DNA of 64,000 nucleotides, from contig NC_087436.1 of NCBI RefSeq assembly GCF_036321535.1, positions 77,750,001 through 77,814,000 on the forward strand, written 5' to 3'. The notes under the pieces were generated by a model. That model was given only the letters and a program-made list of their open reading frames with translations, was not told the DNA's origin and searched no databases. Shown here in pieces: positions 35,826-48,899 of this stretch. Source of the DNA: Camelus dromedarius. Its lineage: Eukaryota. The translations under genes and the position numbers were made by a program. How positions within the stretch are numbered: position 1 is the stretch's first letter; every line of letters starts with the position of its first letter.

Positions 35826-38269
35826 GTAGACTTTCCAGAAATTGCTATGTGAGTTATAAGAACTGTGCTGGTTAAATTGAAAACTTGCTGGGATAAACAT
35901 TCATGAAAAATATACTTAGTCTCTCTACCACTCCAAAGATGAGATAGACATAATTTACTACAAGTATTTAAGTTCTTCTTTCAGGTTATACTTTGAGAGC
36001 TCCAATAGGAGGGATCAAACAATCTCTTCGAACTCAGAGTTAGCACTTCCCAACCAATATCTCTGCCAAAAGTACATTCTTCAAAGTATGTTCTTGTCCA
36101 AGTGTGACATGGCCTATTTTCTAAAAAATCAAATCAAGCACACCTCATAGCACCCTCACACAGGTAGAAAGCGTGGTTTATTTGTTTTTATGTGTAATGT
36201 TCATCTCGAAATACCAATGTTTTCACCAGAGTAAACTTAGTCTTGTGAAGTTAAATTTCATGCATGTCAGAAATGTTTCCCCAACTGAGTAAATATTGAA
36301 ATGAGCAATTCTACTTTTTGACAGAGAGTGTTAAATGTGTTTGGTCATCAAATTTGACTTAGTGTTCCCCAGGGTACCGTAATGTTTTTGGCCATATCTC
36401 AAAGCACTTATGAATCTCCCAGCCAACTATTGCTTTGAAGGGCAGTTTCTTCACCTAGCAGGAAATTTTTCTAGGTAATTCACCTTTACTTAGAGTTTCA
36501 TATTTTCTTCTTTTAATATTTCCTACATATTTAAGCACAGCTAAAAATGTGACCAAGAAATGTTCTAAAAGTTTTACTAGGTTAAGAAGTCTTACTACTC
36601 TCATGCTAGGAAACTAATCATTTATGATTCTAATTTTAACTGGATTAATCCCATTCAGAATCCTACCATGCTTATTACACATCTTATTGCCCAATTTCAT
36701 GAAGAATGTAGTAGCTCCTATATGTGAAAAATGCTGAGAACTGAGATGTTTTTGCCATTGAAGGAGCATTACTCATGCTCTAAAATGCAACGTAAACCTA
36801 AGGCAATGTTATATGCAATTTAATTTTTATTTTGAAAATATTTTTGCAAAATCTTAGTTTTGGGGGAGTTCTTTACCTAAAATCATGGACAATCCTACTC
36901 TGAAAAGTACCACTGTGTTCCCACTAGCAGAGTTTCTCACTCTGTTGAGAGCTAGTTACTGTTTAGCTTCAAAGTGTCAGCATTTTCCCCTTGTGGCCAC
37001 CTGGGGACATGGCTATGTTTTGCCAACTCCTTGATGGTCACACTGCTTTCCTTTCTGCATTAACTGAGAGTCTGCCATTTCCTATGTTCCAGGAAGCCTG
37101 CTGCTCCTACCTGACTCTAATTCAGTTTGTTAATATACAACACTTATCTGGTTTTTGGATGTAAAGTAAGACCTAGATAATTTCATCTATGTTTGCCAAT
37201 TGACTGTACCAGATAAGAGCCTTACCGTCAACATTAGGCTGCCCAGAAATTCTGTTGTGCTTTGACCTTTCATTTTAATAGTCTGTAGCTGGGGAAAGTT
37301 GGTTTGGCGTATAATCATCACTTCTTTGGCTGGGGGCCTTTTTCTGTCTTTCATCTCTGGTAGTGTAATAACCACTCCAACATTTCCTTTCTTCCTTAAA
37401 TTTTCTTTTTATCTTTGCATGTTGGAGGACGTGAGGGTTCTCCAATTTTGCTTTGCTTTGCTTTGCTCCTTGCTCTGGAAATGCTCTAGCTCCCCCAGGG
37501 GTCTCTTTCATAATCTAATTTCCTTGACTTTGCCAGAACCAACAAGGAAGTATTTTTTGTTGCAGTCCTTTTTGAGCAGAACGTCTATGTGCTAGACTAT
37601 ATTAGACATTTTTTCTCCAGAATCTTCTAAGTTGAAGAGACATTGATGCCTGTGTTCTCACAAAAATTGCCATTTGGAATCCCCCTTTTTCAAGACTTCC
37701 AGCAGCCTCCCCTGGTCAGAAAATACTTCTTTCCCGCCCAACAAATTTTCCAGAGATCTGGAGAGAAATGTTTCTCTGTCCAGAAATATCACTTTGTCTA
37801 AAAACAAACAAATAAAAGATGCAGCTAGTAACAGCAGCCAGAATTTTCCCTTCCTTTCCCCTGATTTGCTATTTGAAAAATAGCTTTCTGAGTCTGTGAT
37901 CACGAGGACTCTGGGGGCCAGGATGTAGAACATTAACCCAAATAAATGACTGTGACAGTTTTAATGACAAATGTAACTCATGTCAACTAACCTAATCAGT
38001 CTTTGAGATGGTCAGAATAATCTTAAGGAAGATTGTGTCCTGGGGCCATCCTTTGGAGCATCAGATGCCACCTGTGACTGCCTGTATCGCTAAATATGTG
38101 ATCACTAAATATTTGAAAATGGCTTGAAAACGTTTTTAGGCATCAGATATTCTGAGAAATTCAGATGGATTGGTGGGGTTTGGTGGGGTTTTAAACAAAA
38201 TAGAAAGTAAAAATGCTTAGGTGACTGGAATGCATTCCAACAGAAGCAAAAACAGAAGGAATCAATTCT

Positions 38270-38480
38270 TAATAAGCATTTACTCTAGGCAAGACACTTT
38301 ACAAAATGATCTCTATTATTGCAATAAACATTTTAGTAAGTATTCCATCTCTATTCTGTAAACAAGAACACTAAGACTTAGAGATGTTAAGCTACCTGCC
38401 CCAGGTCACACTGCGCCCTGGCTAGTGTCCTGCTATGCTGGAGCCAGGAGCGTAACCAGATCTCCCTCCAAAGGCCAGGC
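38270..38480 (-). mobile_element. MIR SINE
   Basis: 'acttagagatgttaagctacctgccccaggtcacac' antisense MIR core. Confidence 0.65.
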
Positions 38481-38794
38481 TTGTTCCGCTGTACTCGCCT
38501 GTCTTCCTATGAAGCAGAAGTAAAGAGAAAGGGCAAGGAGATAGGATTGATTTATTTTAGTCATGTTTCCTACATGATTTATTTTTCACATATACTAGGA
38601 ACTTAGGGAAAAGATGTATATGTTGTGTAAGATGGTCCCTCGCAGCTCAGTGTGGAGACACTGAATGTGTATGTTTTCTGCACAAGTCAATGATGACGGA
38701 AAAGAATGACATCAAAATTGAAGTATATTGCTTAGGATCAAGTAATAGGAATCGAATACTCTCTGGCCCTACTTTCATCTCCACAGGCCATCAG

Positions 38795-39035
38795 AGACAC
38801 AGTGTAGTGGCTGAGAACATGGGCCTTGAAGCCAGACTGCACGTGTCTCCTTCCTCTCACCAGCTGTGCAGCTCTGGGCAACTTATTGAGCCTCTTTCTG
38901 CTGCAATTTCCTCCTTTGTAAAAGGAATGATTTTAAAGAACAGCTTACCTTGTTGGGTTAAAAGGATTAAATGAGCAATATGTAAACATTTAGAACTGTG
39001 TCTGGCTTATAGTAAGTTCTTAAAGCATGCTGTCT
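38795..39035 (+). mobile_element. MIR SINE
   Basis: 'agccagactgc...ctgggcaacttattgagcctc...tttcctcctttgtaaaagg...aggattaaatgag'. Confidence 0.75.
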
Positions 39036-39231
39036 CATTATCTTATGCTCTGAATCTCAAAAATCCTATGAATATCTGTCCCAAACATAAACCATCAGAA
39101 TCTATGGTGGTATCATTGGACTGTCTCAGGGGTTCCCAAGGTATCACACAGTTCTTGAGAACACAGTCTACACCAGAAGTAGCTGGTAGAGAGCCTACAG
39201 TAGAGAGCCATGGTTAAGTGAGCAAGCCATC

Positions 39232-39590
39232 TTTTCCCTTTCTCTTTCTGGCTTACTTCACTTAGAATGACAATCTCTATGTCCATACATGTTGCTGCAA
39301 AATGGCATTATTTTATTATTTTTCATCGCTGAGTAGCATTCCATTGTCTAAATATACCACAACTTCTTTATCCGGTCATCTGTCGATGGACATTTAGGTT
39401 GCTTCCATGTCTTGGCTATTGTAAATAGTGCTGCTATGAACATTGGGGTGCATGTATCTTTTTGAATTAGAGTTCCTTCCAGATATATGCCATAATGAAA
39501 AAGAATATGAAGAGAAATATATGTATGTATATGTATGACTGAAACATTAGACACATTATAAACTGACTACACTTCAGTTAAAAAAAAAAA
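39232..39590 (+). mobile_element. L1 element A: 5'-inverted, older subfamily (inverted 39232-39490, sense tail 39491-39590)
   Basis: Antisense ORF2-end sequence (DTCTPMFIAALFTIAKTWKQPKCPST in ORF 39348..39554) joined to a sense L1 terminus and A11 tail. Confidence 0.75.
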
Positions 39591-40466
39591 GAGAAATCTC
39601 CATACTGTTTTCCACAGTGGCTGCACCAAACTGCATTCCCACCAGCAGTGTAGGAGGGTTCCCTTTTCTCCACAGCCTCTCCAGCATTTGTCATTCATTT
39701 GTGGACTTTTGAATGATGGCCATTCTGACTGGTGTGAGGTGATACCTCATTGTAGTTTTGATTTGCATTTCTCTGATAATTAGTGATATTGAGCATTTTT
39801 TCACGTGCCTATTGATCATTTGTATTTCTTCCTTGGAGAATTGCTTGTTTAGGTCTTCTGCCCATTTTTGGATTGGGTTGTTTGTTTTTTCTTATTAAGT
39901 CATATGAGCTGCTTATCTATTCTGTAGATCAAGCCTTTAATGTCCATCAACAGATGACTGGATAAAGAAGATGTGGTATATTTATGCAATGGAATACTAT
40001 TCAGCCATAAAAACTGACAACATAATGCCATTTGCAGCAACATGGATGTCCCTGGAGAATGTCATTCTAAGTGAAGTAGACCAGAAAGAGAAAGAAAAAT
40101 ACCATAAGAGATTGCTCATATGTGGAATCTTAAAAAAAAAAAAAAGAACATAAATAAAAAATAGAAACAGACTCATAGACATAGAATACAAACTTGTGGT
40201 TGCCAAGGGGGAGACGGGTGGGAAGGGACAGATTGGGAGTTCGAAATTTGTAGATACTGACAGGCATATATAGAATAGATAAACAAGATTATACTGTTAA
40301 GCACAGGGAAATATATACAAGATCTTGTGGTAGGTCATAGCGAAAAAAAATGTGACAGTGAATATATGTATGTTCATGTATAACTGAAATTGACACAACA
40401 TTGTAAAATAACTGTAACTCAATTAAAAAATGTTAAAAAAAAAATACTTAAAAAAAAACAAAAAAC
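39591..40466 (+). mobile_element. L1 element B: 5'-inverted, younger subfamily like the 29-32 kb copy (inverted 39591-39938, sense 39939-40466)
   Basis: The inverted part aligns to 29711-30050; the sense part is the reverse complement of ~29063-29565; A-rich tail. Confidence 0.88.
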
Positions 40467-40794
40467 AGACAGAGAGTAGGCCATCCAGGCTAGTGTTTGA
40501 ATCTTGATTCTACCACCTGTTAGGAATGTAACCAGGGTAACCCAGCTGAGTGCATTTCCATATTCGCGTAATGGGAGAACAGGGACTACCTTGTGGCATT
40601 ATAGAGGGGATTAATAAAGTCACGTATTGAACAGTATCTAGAGGCTTTCAAGAAAGTATTCGCATATATATATTCACTCATCATATCAGTTCAGTACTTT
40701 TAAGCTCAGAATATGAATGCCTTCTTTTTGGTGTCTTTTGAGCTTGCCTACCTAGATCTTACGTTGATAATGTCTTAAATTTGTGTGGTGTGTT

Positions 40795-40945
40795 TCAGCT
40801 TACTCAATGCTTCACATCTATCATCTCATTTAAATGAAGAGAGTAACTGTGTGAGACAGGTATCGTTATTCTTAGAACGCAGACTCAAGATCACAAAGTT
40901 GCTAAGTAATTGAGCTAGAACTTGAACCCAGATCTTCTGAGCAAA
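40795..40945 (-). mobile_element. MIR fragment
   Basis: 'caagatcacaaagttgctaagtaattgagctagaacttgaacccagatcttctga'. Confidence 0.6.
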
Positions 40946-43149
40946 GGCATCTAGGATAGTTTTTCGTGTTCCCCTCCTTTCTTCTGAATGTTCTCAGGAG
41001 AAATTTTTATGGTTATGTAGACCAGGAATTAGACATGGTCCCACCATATATGTTACATTGGCCAAAGTGAAGCAAAGAGAGACTTTCCTAAAAGCAAGTA
41101 GATAGTTTCAGAGTAGAGAAAAGGCAGCAGAAACACGATAATATTCTTCATCTTTTGCAAATATCTGTCCTTTGCAGTTCTCAAGTTGGTAAGAGTCATG
41201 TGACAAATTAGTTTACAGAGTTTCCATTGAGATTTGTGACCCCAGAAAAGGTAGGCAAGAAAATAAACTAGACAGACAATCAAACGTTTTACATTTTATG
41301 TTTTCACTTATTTTTTAAAATACATTCTGTTTTCACACACTCACAAATATGAAGATTGAGAAACCATTTTGAAACCCAGTAGAAATATTATTAAATTACA
41401 AAAAAGACATAGTTGATACAGATGTGTAGATAATTACTTTTTTTTTTTTTTTTTTGCCCTGATCCACTGTCAATAACTTATTCCAGTGGTAGAAGCTGAC
41501 ATTTACTTTCTTACCTTTTTTAAGCTCCTGGTTTTCGGCTAAAGTTCAGTTTCCAGGAAAACTCTCCCCATTTGGGGTCACTATGTACCACAGCCTCAAA
41601 TTCTTGCTGAGGTCTTTGCCCATGTACACAGTCACACAACTGACCGTCTGTTCGGGCTGGTTTAGTGGACAGTGCCCATGTGACATAATTATATCCTTCA
41701 GAAAGGAACTGGAGTAAAAGAGCACAGATATTACTGGGGGTTAGTAGGAAACCATGGACGCTAGCTAGACATGATCACAAGCTTTGCCAGCAGCCTCTGA
41801 TGTTTGTATTTTAGTCCCTTGTATCTGTCATGCTTCTTTTTAAAGAGCACTGAGATACAGAAAATATAAAACTAAGCCTTTTTTTTTTTTTTAAATCCAG
41901 GAAGGCAGCCCTGCTGCTTTTCACATTAAGAAGTTTAAACAAAGAGGTAGAAGATCAGGATATTATAATAACCACTTACTTTCTGATGGAGAAAAAAATA
42001 CAGGGGCATTACAGGTCTAATATAAACACCTTGACAAGCCAAAAAGGACTAAAGAAATAAGATTGTGAATGAAGCTGCTCTGTGATTCACTTTTGGTTAA
42101 TAAAACTAATGGGTTGACTAAATTCTTTTCCCCCAAATGATGCATTTAAACACCTGGATATTGCTACTTCATTCAACATCACACATCCCTTCTCCCACAC
42201 TGGAGAGAACACTGTCACTTAGAAAATCAGGGCTTTCTGTTGTTCACTGTGTCTGTTCTGTGAGCTTGTTAATCAGCTCCAGAGATGCGCTGCAAGGCCT
42301 TCAGTTGGCCTCGGACCACAAGTGAGTGTGTGGTGCAAAAAACGACCTCACCGTGCAATTTAACAGATTCCCAAAAAAGGAACAAAAATCCTGAGAGAAG
42401 GCATTCATAACAGTGAAAATTATGGTTGGTGAAACTTGGCTAAATGGGCTGAGGAATTCTTCATCTTTCTAAAAAGATTTGCCTCATGTATTGGGGTTAA
42501 GTTCAGTCCTGAAAGGACCTATTTGAAATCATGTTGTTCTTGAATGTGGCTGAGGACATACTACACCAAATTAACCACACACAAATGCCATTTTTAGTCT
42601 TTCAACATTCGATTAAAAAAGGGTTCACATCCTTCGATGCACAGTTCTTTATAGTTGCCATGTAGTCAATAAGCATTGAAATACTTATTATGTTCTGATT
42701 AAGTGGATGTTCTGGTTAGACTAACAGTTACCCGTGATCAGATTTTATTTCAATGCTTATTTCTTAAGAACCATGCTCACATGTGTTAGACTAGCTTTCT
42801 CTGCTTTAGAACTCATAGTGTCTATGAAATACAATTTACTTATTTCTTAAATAATGGTAACCTAAGAACAGAGTAAGATATTACATATATTAAAAAGTAG
42901 CCTTTTGAATTTGTAATCACTATGACCTTAGGGCCTAAAGAATAGAACATAGATAAGGAAATACCTGAATAAGGAATCTTGCCTCCAAAAAACTTCTTAA
43001 GATAGTTTAAAATATCTTGGCGTGATTTAAAGTTACCGTTATGATTAAGATATATATTTTAAATGATGTGGAAGAAGATGATGACTGATACCAAGCTAAG
43101 GCTGCATTCTAAAAGAGTTATTTGTAAAAATCACATAATTTATAAACGT

Positions 43150-43650
43150 AGCAGTATAATTCATAATCACTGGAAGATGGAAGCAGACCAAGTATCTATC
43201 AACAGATGATTCGATAAACAAAATGTGATATATACAGACAATGGACTCAGCTTATTCATGCAGTGGAATATTATCCAGCCTTAAAAAGAGAGGAAACTCT
43301 ATCACGTGCCACAACGTGGATGAGAACCTTAATCTAAGTGAAACAAGCCAATCACAAAAAGACAAATACTGTGTGATGCTACTTACATGGGGTACTTGGA
43401 GTACAGAGTCAAATTTATAGAGACAGAAAGTACAATGGTGATTGTCAGGAGTGGGGCCAGAGGTTGATGGGGAATTACTATTTATTTGGTACAGAGTTTC
43501 AGTCTTGCAAAATGAAAAATTATGGTTGGTTGTACAACAATGTAAATGTAGTTAACACTACTGAACTGTATATACACCTACAAATGGTCAAGATGGTAAA
43601 TTTTGCTATGTGTGTTTCACCACAATTAAATGTTTTAATTTAAAAATATA
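43150..43650 (+). mobile_element. Old L1 (L1MB-like) 3' end
   Basis: 'atcaacagatgattcgataaacaaaatgtg...ggaatattatccagccttaaaa...agacaaatactgtgtgat...aaatggtcaagatggtaaatttt'. Confidence 0.85.
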
Positions 43651-44569
43651 ATATTCCATGATCTATGCTTGTAGCTTTGTCATTTTCTTCTCTTATAAAT
43701 TCATATATAGAAAAAAATGTAGGTTGATGAGAGGATGGAATTAAGATTTTACTCTACAGGAAGCATGTGAAACAAAGACTTAATAGTGCACTAGCCTTGG
43801 GCTCCCTTTTATAGCAGATAATGTTGATGGGAAATACATTCTTTCCACTAGAAATTAAGGAAGAGATTGTTTCCCTAAAATTTTCTTGTTCCCTAACATT
43901 CTTATTCCATCAATTACCTCTGTTTTGTTTCATTTCTCCATCCCCACTGACTCTTTCCACACAGTCTACTCGACATGCTTGGGACTCCTGAGTCCATTAA
44001 CCAATGTCTTCGTCCTATCTTTCCCAATCCTTTACATATACAATGGGAACTTTATATACAAATTGGGGCTAACTGGCAAGTAGATGATGAGAGAGGGAAG
44101 GAAATTTAGAACACCAGGTAGGAAGTCTCTAAACTCTGTTGAATCAGGATTTAAGATTCAAGCCTGGAGCTGAGAGTGGAGGCAGTGGCACAAGTGATGG
44201 AGAAATGGCTAGAGGAGGAGCCAGAGGGAAAGAGAGAGGCCAGAAGACCAAACTGGAGAGCAGGTCTTCAGCTAAGAGCACAAAGAGACCTAGCACAAGG
44301 CCAGGTCTGGAGGTGATACAGGATGCAAACATGGGCACTGCCAAACCTCTACACACCTTTTCAGGGTGGGTCCTTAAACAGTAGGCTCCCACTGAACCAC
44401 AGCCGCGTTTTAGATGCTACAGTCATCTAATCACATGGGATCAGTGCTGCCGAAGCTTCTCACAGTAAGATCACAGTCTGTATTCCAGCCACCTGTCTTC
44501 ATTACAGCCCCGCTAAACTATTTGCTTCTTCTTGTTTCCATGATATTATTCATATGATTCTCAGTCTAG

Positions 44570-44692
44570 ATGCAGTTCAGTCTGACAGAACTTTTTCTGT
44601 TGGTAAAAATGTTCTATAGCTGCACAGTCCAGTCCAGTAGCCACTAGCCACACGTGACTAACGGTCGATACGTTGAACAGCACAGGTCCAGA
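44570..44692. mobile_element. MER3/MER33-like hAT MITE fragment
   Basis: 'aaatgttctatagctgcacagtccagtccagtagccactagccacacgtg'. Confidence 0.6.
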
Positions 44693-44761
44693 ACATTCTT
44701 CCCTATTTCCAAGTCTGTTGAAACTCTACTTCTTCCCTTTTGTTGTCTAGCACTACCTTGA

Positions 44762-45239
44762 ATACTGTCAGTTTTCCACCCAGGGTCTCTCAGATCCCTT
44801 TCACTGCTTCTGTGTGCCTCTCTGCTTTTGCTTCTAACCGCCTGTATCTATGACTCTTCAGAAGCCTGTCCTGAAACTCCTGGAGCCATTGTGCAAGCAG
44901 GGGTGGAGGTCAGAGAGCTGGGGAGTTTATGCCCTGCCACACCTTCCCATTCCCACCCCCAGGGCATGCCCCTGCCCTCAAATGATCAGTCCAGGAGTGT
45001 GAAAACCCAGCTCTCAGACTCAGACCCACTCTGCAGTAAAACATAGTCCTGAGTTCCCCACAGTATCAGGCTGAAGCTACCTTCTGCCAGGCATCGCCCG
45101 AAATCTTGCCCCTGTGCTTGGCTTGTTTTTCTTCCCACACTTCTGTACTAGTCTCTCCTGGCAGCACTTCCTCAGTGAACCGCTTGCATGTAAATCCTCA
45201 TGCCGAGGTATGAGGGTCTGTCTAGGGAATTCTAAGACA
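44762..45239 (+). mobile_element. ERVL-type LTR (LTR16-like)
   Basis: 'cccctgccctcaaatgatcag...aaacccagctc...cacttcctcagtgaaccgcttgcatgtaaatcctca...ctagggaattctaagaca'. Confidence 0.7.
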
Positions 45240-48159
45240 AACCAAAATGCTAATTCCTCTGTGAAACTTTCCCCAGCCCCCAGTCCGAATTAATTTCTAA
45301 TTCTCTAAGTTGCCATAACACTTTATTTATATTTATAGTATAACACCAACTAAATGTTAGATAATTACATTCATGACTGGGTCCCCAACTAGAATGTGAA
45401 TTCTCTGTGAGTAGGGACCATGTTACATTCACCCTTGTATCCTCTGGCTCAATGTCTTGTATATTATGGATTCTATAAAATATTTGTTAAATTTATTTGA
45501 ATACAAAGGAAGACGTGGCCACAATGATTATTTCTCATTTTTAATAAAAATATTTAATGATTTAAGGTTATTTAAATTGTACAAAAGTTTTCTTGCCATA
45601 AGGTATTTATTTATTGAACTGTAGATTCTTTGCATATTCAGTGGTATGGCTAGCAGTTCTTTAAATTGAAAAAGATTAACATAACAAATGGTTCATATAC
45701 TTATGGACAGAGACAGTGACAATACTTATCGACTTTAATAAGTGTTTCAAACTTTAAAGTCTTTTGAAATTCAAATGGGAATGATTCAGATATATCAATG
45801 AGGTGAATCAGGGCAGCACATACTGTAGAAAGAAAAAAAAGCTATGCCTTTCCCATCTTTTGTTGATCGTAGTGAAATATGAACCATGCTGGGTATCTTG
45901 TAGCTTTTTAAAAGCATTTAATTGAAGAAAAAATATTTATCAGATGAACAAGTAAATAATGTTTAATGTCAAGGAAAACAGGTCATAAAGTAGCACATAT
46001 TTTTAAAACCAAAAGATATATATGTACATAGGAAATAAAAAGATTAAAAAATTATACCAGAATGTCAGAAATGGCTGTCTCTGAATAGTGCCATTTTTAG
46101 GTGGTTTTTAAGTCCTTCCTAAAGCTTTGTTGAATTTTCCACATTTTCCACAGTGACTATGTACACTTTTTGAAATTAGAAAACAAAAATATTTTTTTAA
46201 ATCTCTAGACACATCAACATCTTTTGTGGACTGTCTACTCCAAGAATCAGCAACAATAATCAAACGAACATCCCAGGTTGACAGAGAAGGAAATAAAAAT
46301 AAAAATAACAGAGTTGTTTTAATCATTGAGAAATCATTTACAGTTCAATCAATTGTCCAGTAAAGCTTGATGCTATGAGTCAGGCAAACGTAATGACTTG
46401 TTGTGACAGAGATGTAACCCCACACAAACCACAGGGAGCCAATTCAATTGTACAATAGGATTCTTTCCTTACAAACTCTCATGCATGTATGTATTTTACA
46501 CACAAAGCCCAGGTTATTATGCCAAAATGCATTAATTCAATCACTTGAACATTTAGCTAACAATTCAAGTTCATCATTGTTAGTTTGATTGAGTATGTTA
46601 AAAGCTAACAAATTAATTCGGTTAAAAGAATTGAACTGACCCTGCTGTGACTTATCCCGTCATGTAAACATCTTTTTAAAGGACTAAAATTATTAAATCA
46701 GAAATAAATCACTCAGAGAATTCCTATCGACCAAACTGTTTTGATTCTTCAAAAAAGTCTCCTAACTTCTTTCCCTTTGAAATTCACCTTTGGTGATAAA
46801 ATTATTTTAAAAAGAAACCTGAACTCAACCTCACTGTATGGAGGCATAAAGTTTCTATAAGGCATAAAGTTTTTAGGTAAGCTTAATGTTAGAGTCCTGT
46901 CTACAGAAAACTTTTCTTAAGTGCATGGAAGCATTTCTTTTTAAAATATATTCGCCTTGATTTTTCTACATCTTCTGCATATGATAGCACTGAGGATCAG
47001 AAGGGCAGTTATCATTATCCTTAACTTTCTGTTGTAGAATCAGAAGCCACAACTGAGTCCTCTTCAGCTGAGCTGCATGTCGAGCACAGCTCTCTGGACC
47101 TTGTAGTGCAAGTGCATTACAACAGGTAAGGGCTTGAACACCTGAGGGATGGTCTGTCCATTAAAAGCTGAAAGGAAAGAATATTCCTCCACCATCTCAG
47201 GACACTGCTGAGTTCCCTGATCTCCTGAGAACTTCTCCAAAGTGCTTAGCAGAAGTGCTCCACCCCTTCATGCCAGACAGGGCAATGGGCACTGTTCGCC
47301 TCACAGCCTTGCACCATCCACCATCTGGGTGGTCTTTAGGGGAAGCCCTCAGAGGAGTACTAATTAGGACCAGAATTGCCAAGCCACCCACACTGTTCCT
47401 AGTGTCAGAACCTAGCCAGCTAAAGCGTATTAGCTATCCTAAAATAATAAAAACAAATTAATGGAACTGCCTCAAGGGAAATCAAATTCCACTTATAGGT
47501 CTAGTGGCAGAACAGCTGTTAAAATTCATTAAATTGGAAGTTTCTGTAGTAGCTTCTTGAGGATGTTTTTTCAAAGTCTTTGAGCCACTGCTATAAAAAA
47601 AATCTAGTTAAACATTATTCATCAGTAAGTACTTTCGCAGGGAGGACATGGAGCATTTTTGGAAATCTGCACAGAATGTAAGATTGTGGCTGGACCATTT
47701 GCCAAGTTTACATATCAGTAGGTTTTGACAGATGGGCTCATTGTAGTTTTAAAATTTAAGAAGGGGATATCAATGACTGCATTCAAATCCCCAAAAGCCT
47801 TTCCACTGAGAATTTAAAATCCCAAAAGCATTCCACTGAGCACGATTTTCCTTATCAAAGAAACTTCTATAAGCTGTTTATAGATTTTCACAAGTCTGGC
47901 TACAAATTCTGTAATAACATTTTTAGCTAATGACAAGAGCAACCCAAAGTCTATGTTACTTTAATTCTAAAAACATAAAAGAGTTTCTCTATGTTTTTTC
48001 TTCCAAGGATATTTCCACGCTGTTAAAATTAGGATTGTGTTGTTATATAGATGAAGTATTTTAGGAAGAATTCCTATAATGTTAATAATAAGGAATGTGT
48101 TTGATGAGAAAAGAAATGAGTTTAGCTACTCTCTGTGCTTCCAAGTCTTCATCTTCAGT

Positions 48160-48207
48160 AGAAGGATGAGGAGGAGGAGGAGAAGAAGAGGAAGAAGAAG
48201 AAGGATG
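48160..48207 (+). repeat. (GAG/GAA)n trinucleotide tract
   Basis: Read directly. Confidence 0.85.
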
Positions 48208-48634
48208 AGTTTGAATAAGCTGATCTCTGAGGACTTCTTTGGCTTTTGAGGTCTAAGAAACTAGAATTCCACGAGCTAGCTCTGAATGCAGAGTCTAATG
48301 CTCACATTCAACAAGAATTTGAGGATTGTTGACACTGCAAAACAGTGTTCATAAATGTTCCAGTTAAGGTCTTTGATCATAAATAACAGACCTTAAGTCC
48401 GGCTAACTGCAGGTGAAAGGGAAATAATGATAAGGTCATGGTGGGCTCACAAGGGGAAACTGGAAGAAGCAGAAGCCTGAAAGGACAAGAGCCAGGATTT
48501 GCGGGGATCTACATGGCAGATATTCAGGACACTGCGCTGGGACTAATCGGCTCCAACAATTTTTCTTCTGTCCTTTGGTCACTGGGCTTAAGAGTCAAAG
48601 TGTGGAGGAGAGTCTATTGCTCACATGATGGATT

Positions 48635-48883
48635 ATTTTTAATTGGAGTACAGTCAATTTACAATGTTGTGCTAATTTCTGGTGTACAGCATACTGATTC
48701 ATTATATGTATAATATATATAATAATATGTTCTTTTTCATTATAGGTCATTACAAGATACTGAATATGGTTCCCTGTGCTATACAGTAGGACCTTGCTGT
48801 TTATCTATTTTATATATAGTAATGTGTATCTACAAATCCCAAACTCCCAATTCCCCCCTTGGTAACCATAAGTTTGTTTTCTG
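48635..48883 (-). mobile_element. L1 3' tail inserted in an old MaLR (~48345-49640)
   Basis: 'aattggagtacagtcaatttacaatgttgtgctaatttctggtgtacagc'; degenerate TSD tcacatgatggatt (48621-48634) / tcacaagatagatc (48884-48897). Confidence 0.82.
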
Positions 48884-48899
48884 TCACAAGATAGATCGA

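Noticed and set aside
36994..37010. CTCF-like motif (similar partial matches at ~655-670, ~25454-25467 and ~49321-49335)
   Set aside because: Each has two or more mismatches or an indel in the core; not supportable without PWM scoring or ChIP data.
47785..47841. Small tandem duplications (also 12 bp x2 at 26885-26910 and aggcataaagttt x2 at ~46842-46872)
   Set aside because: Two-copy local slippage products with no further structure.
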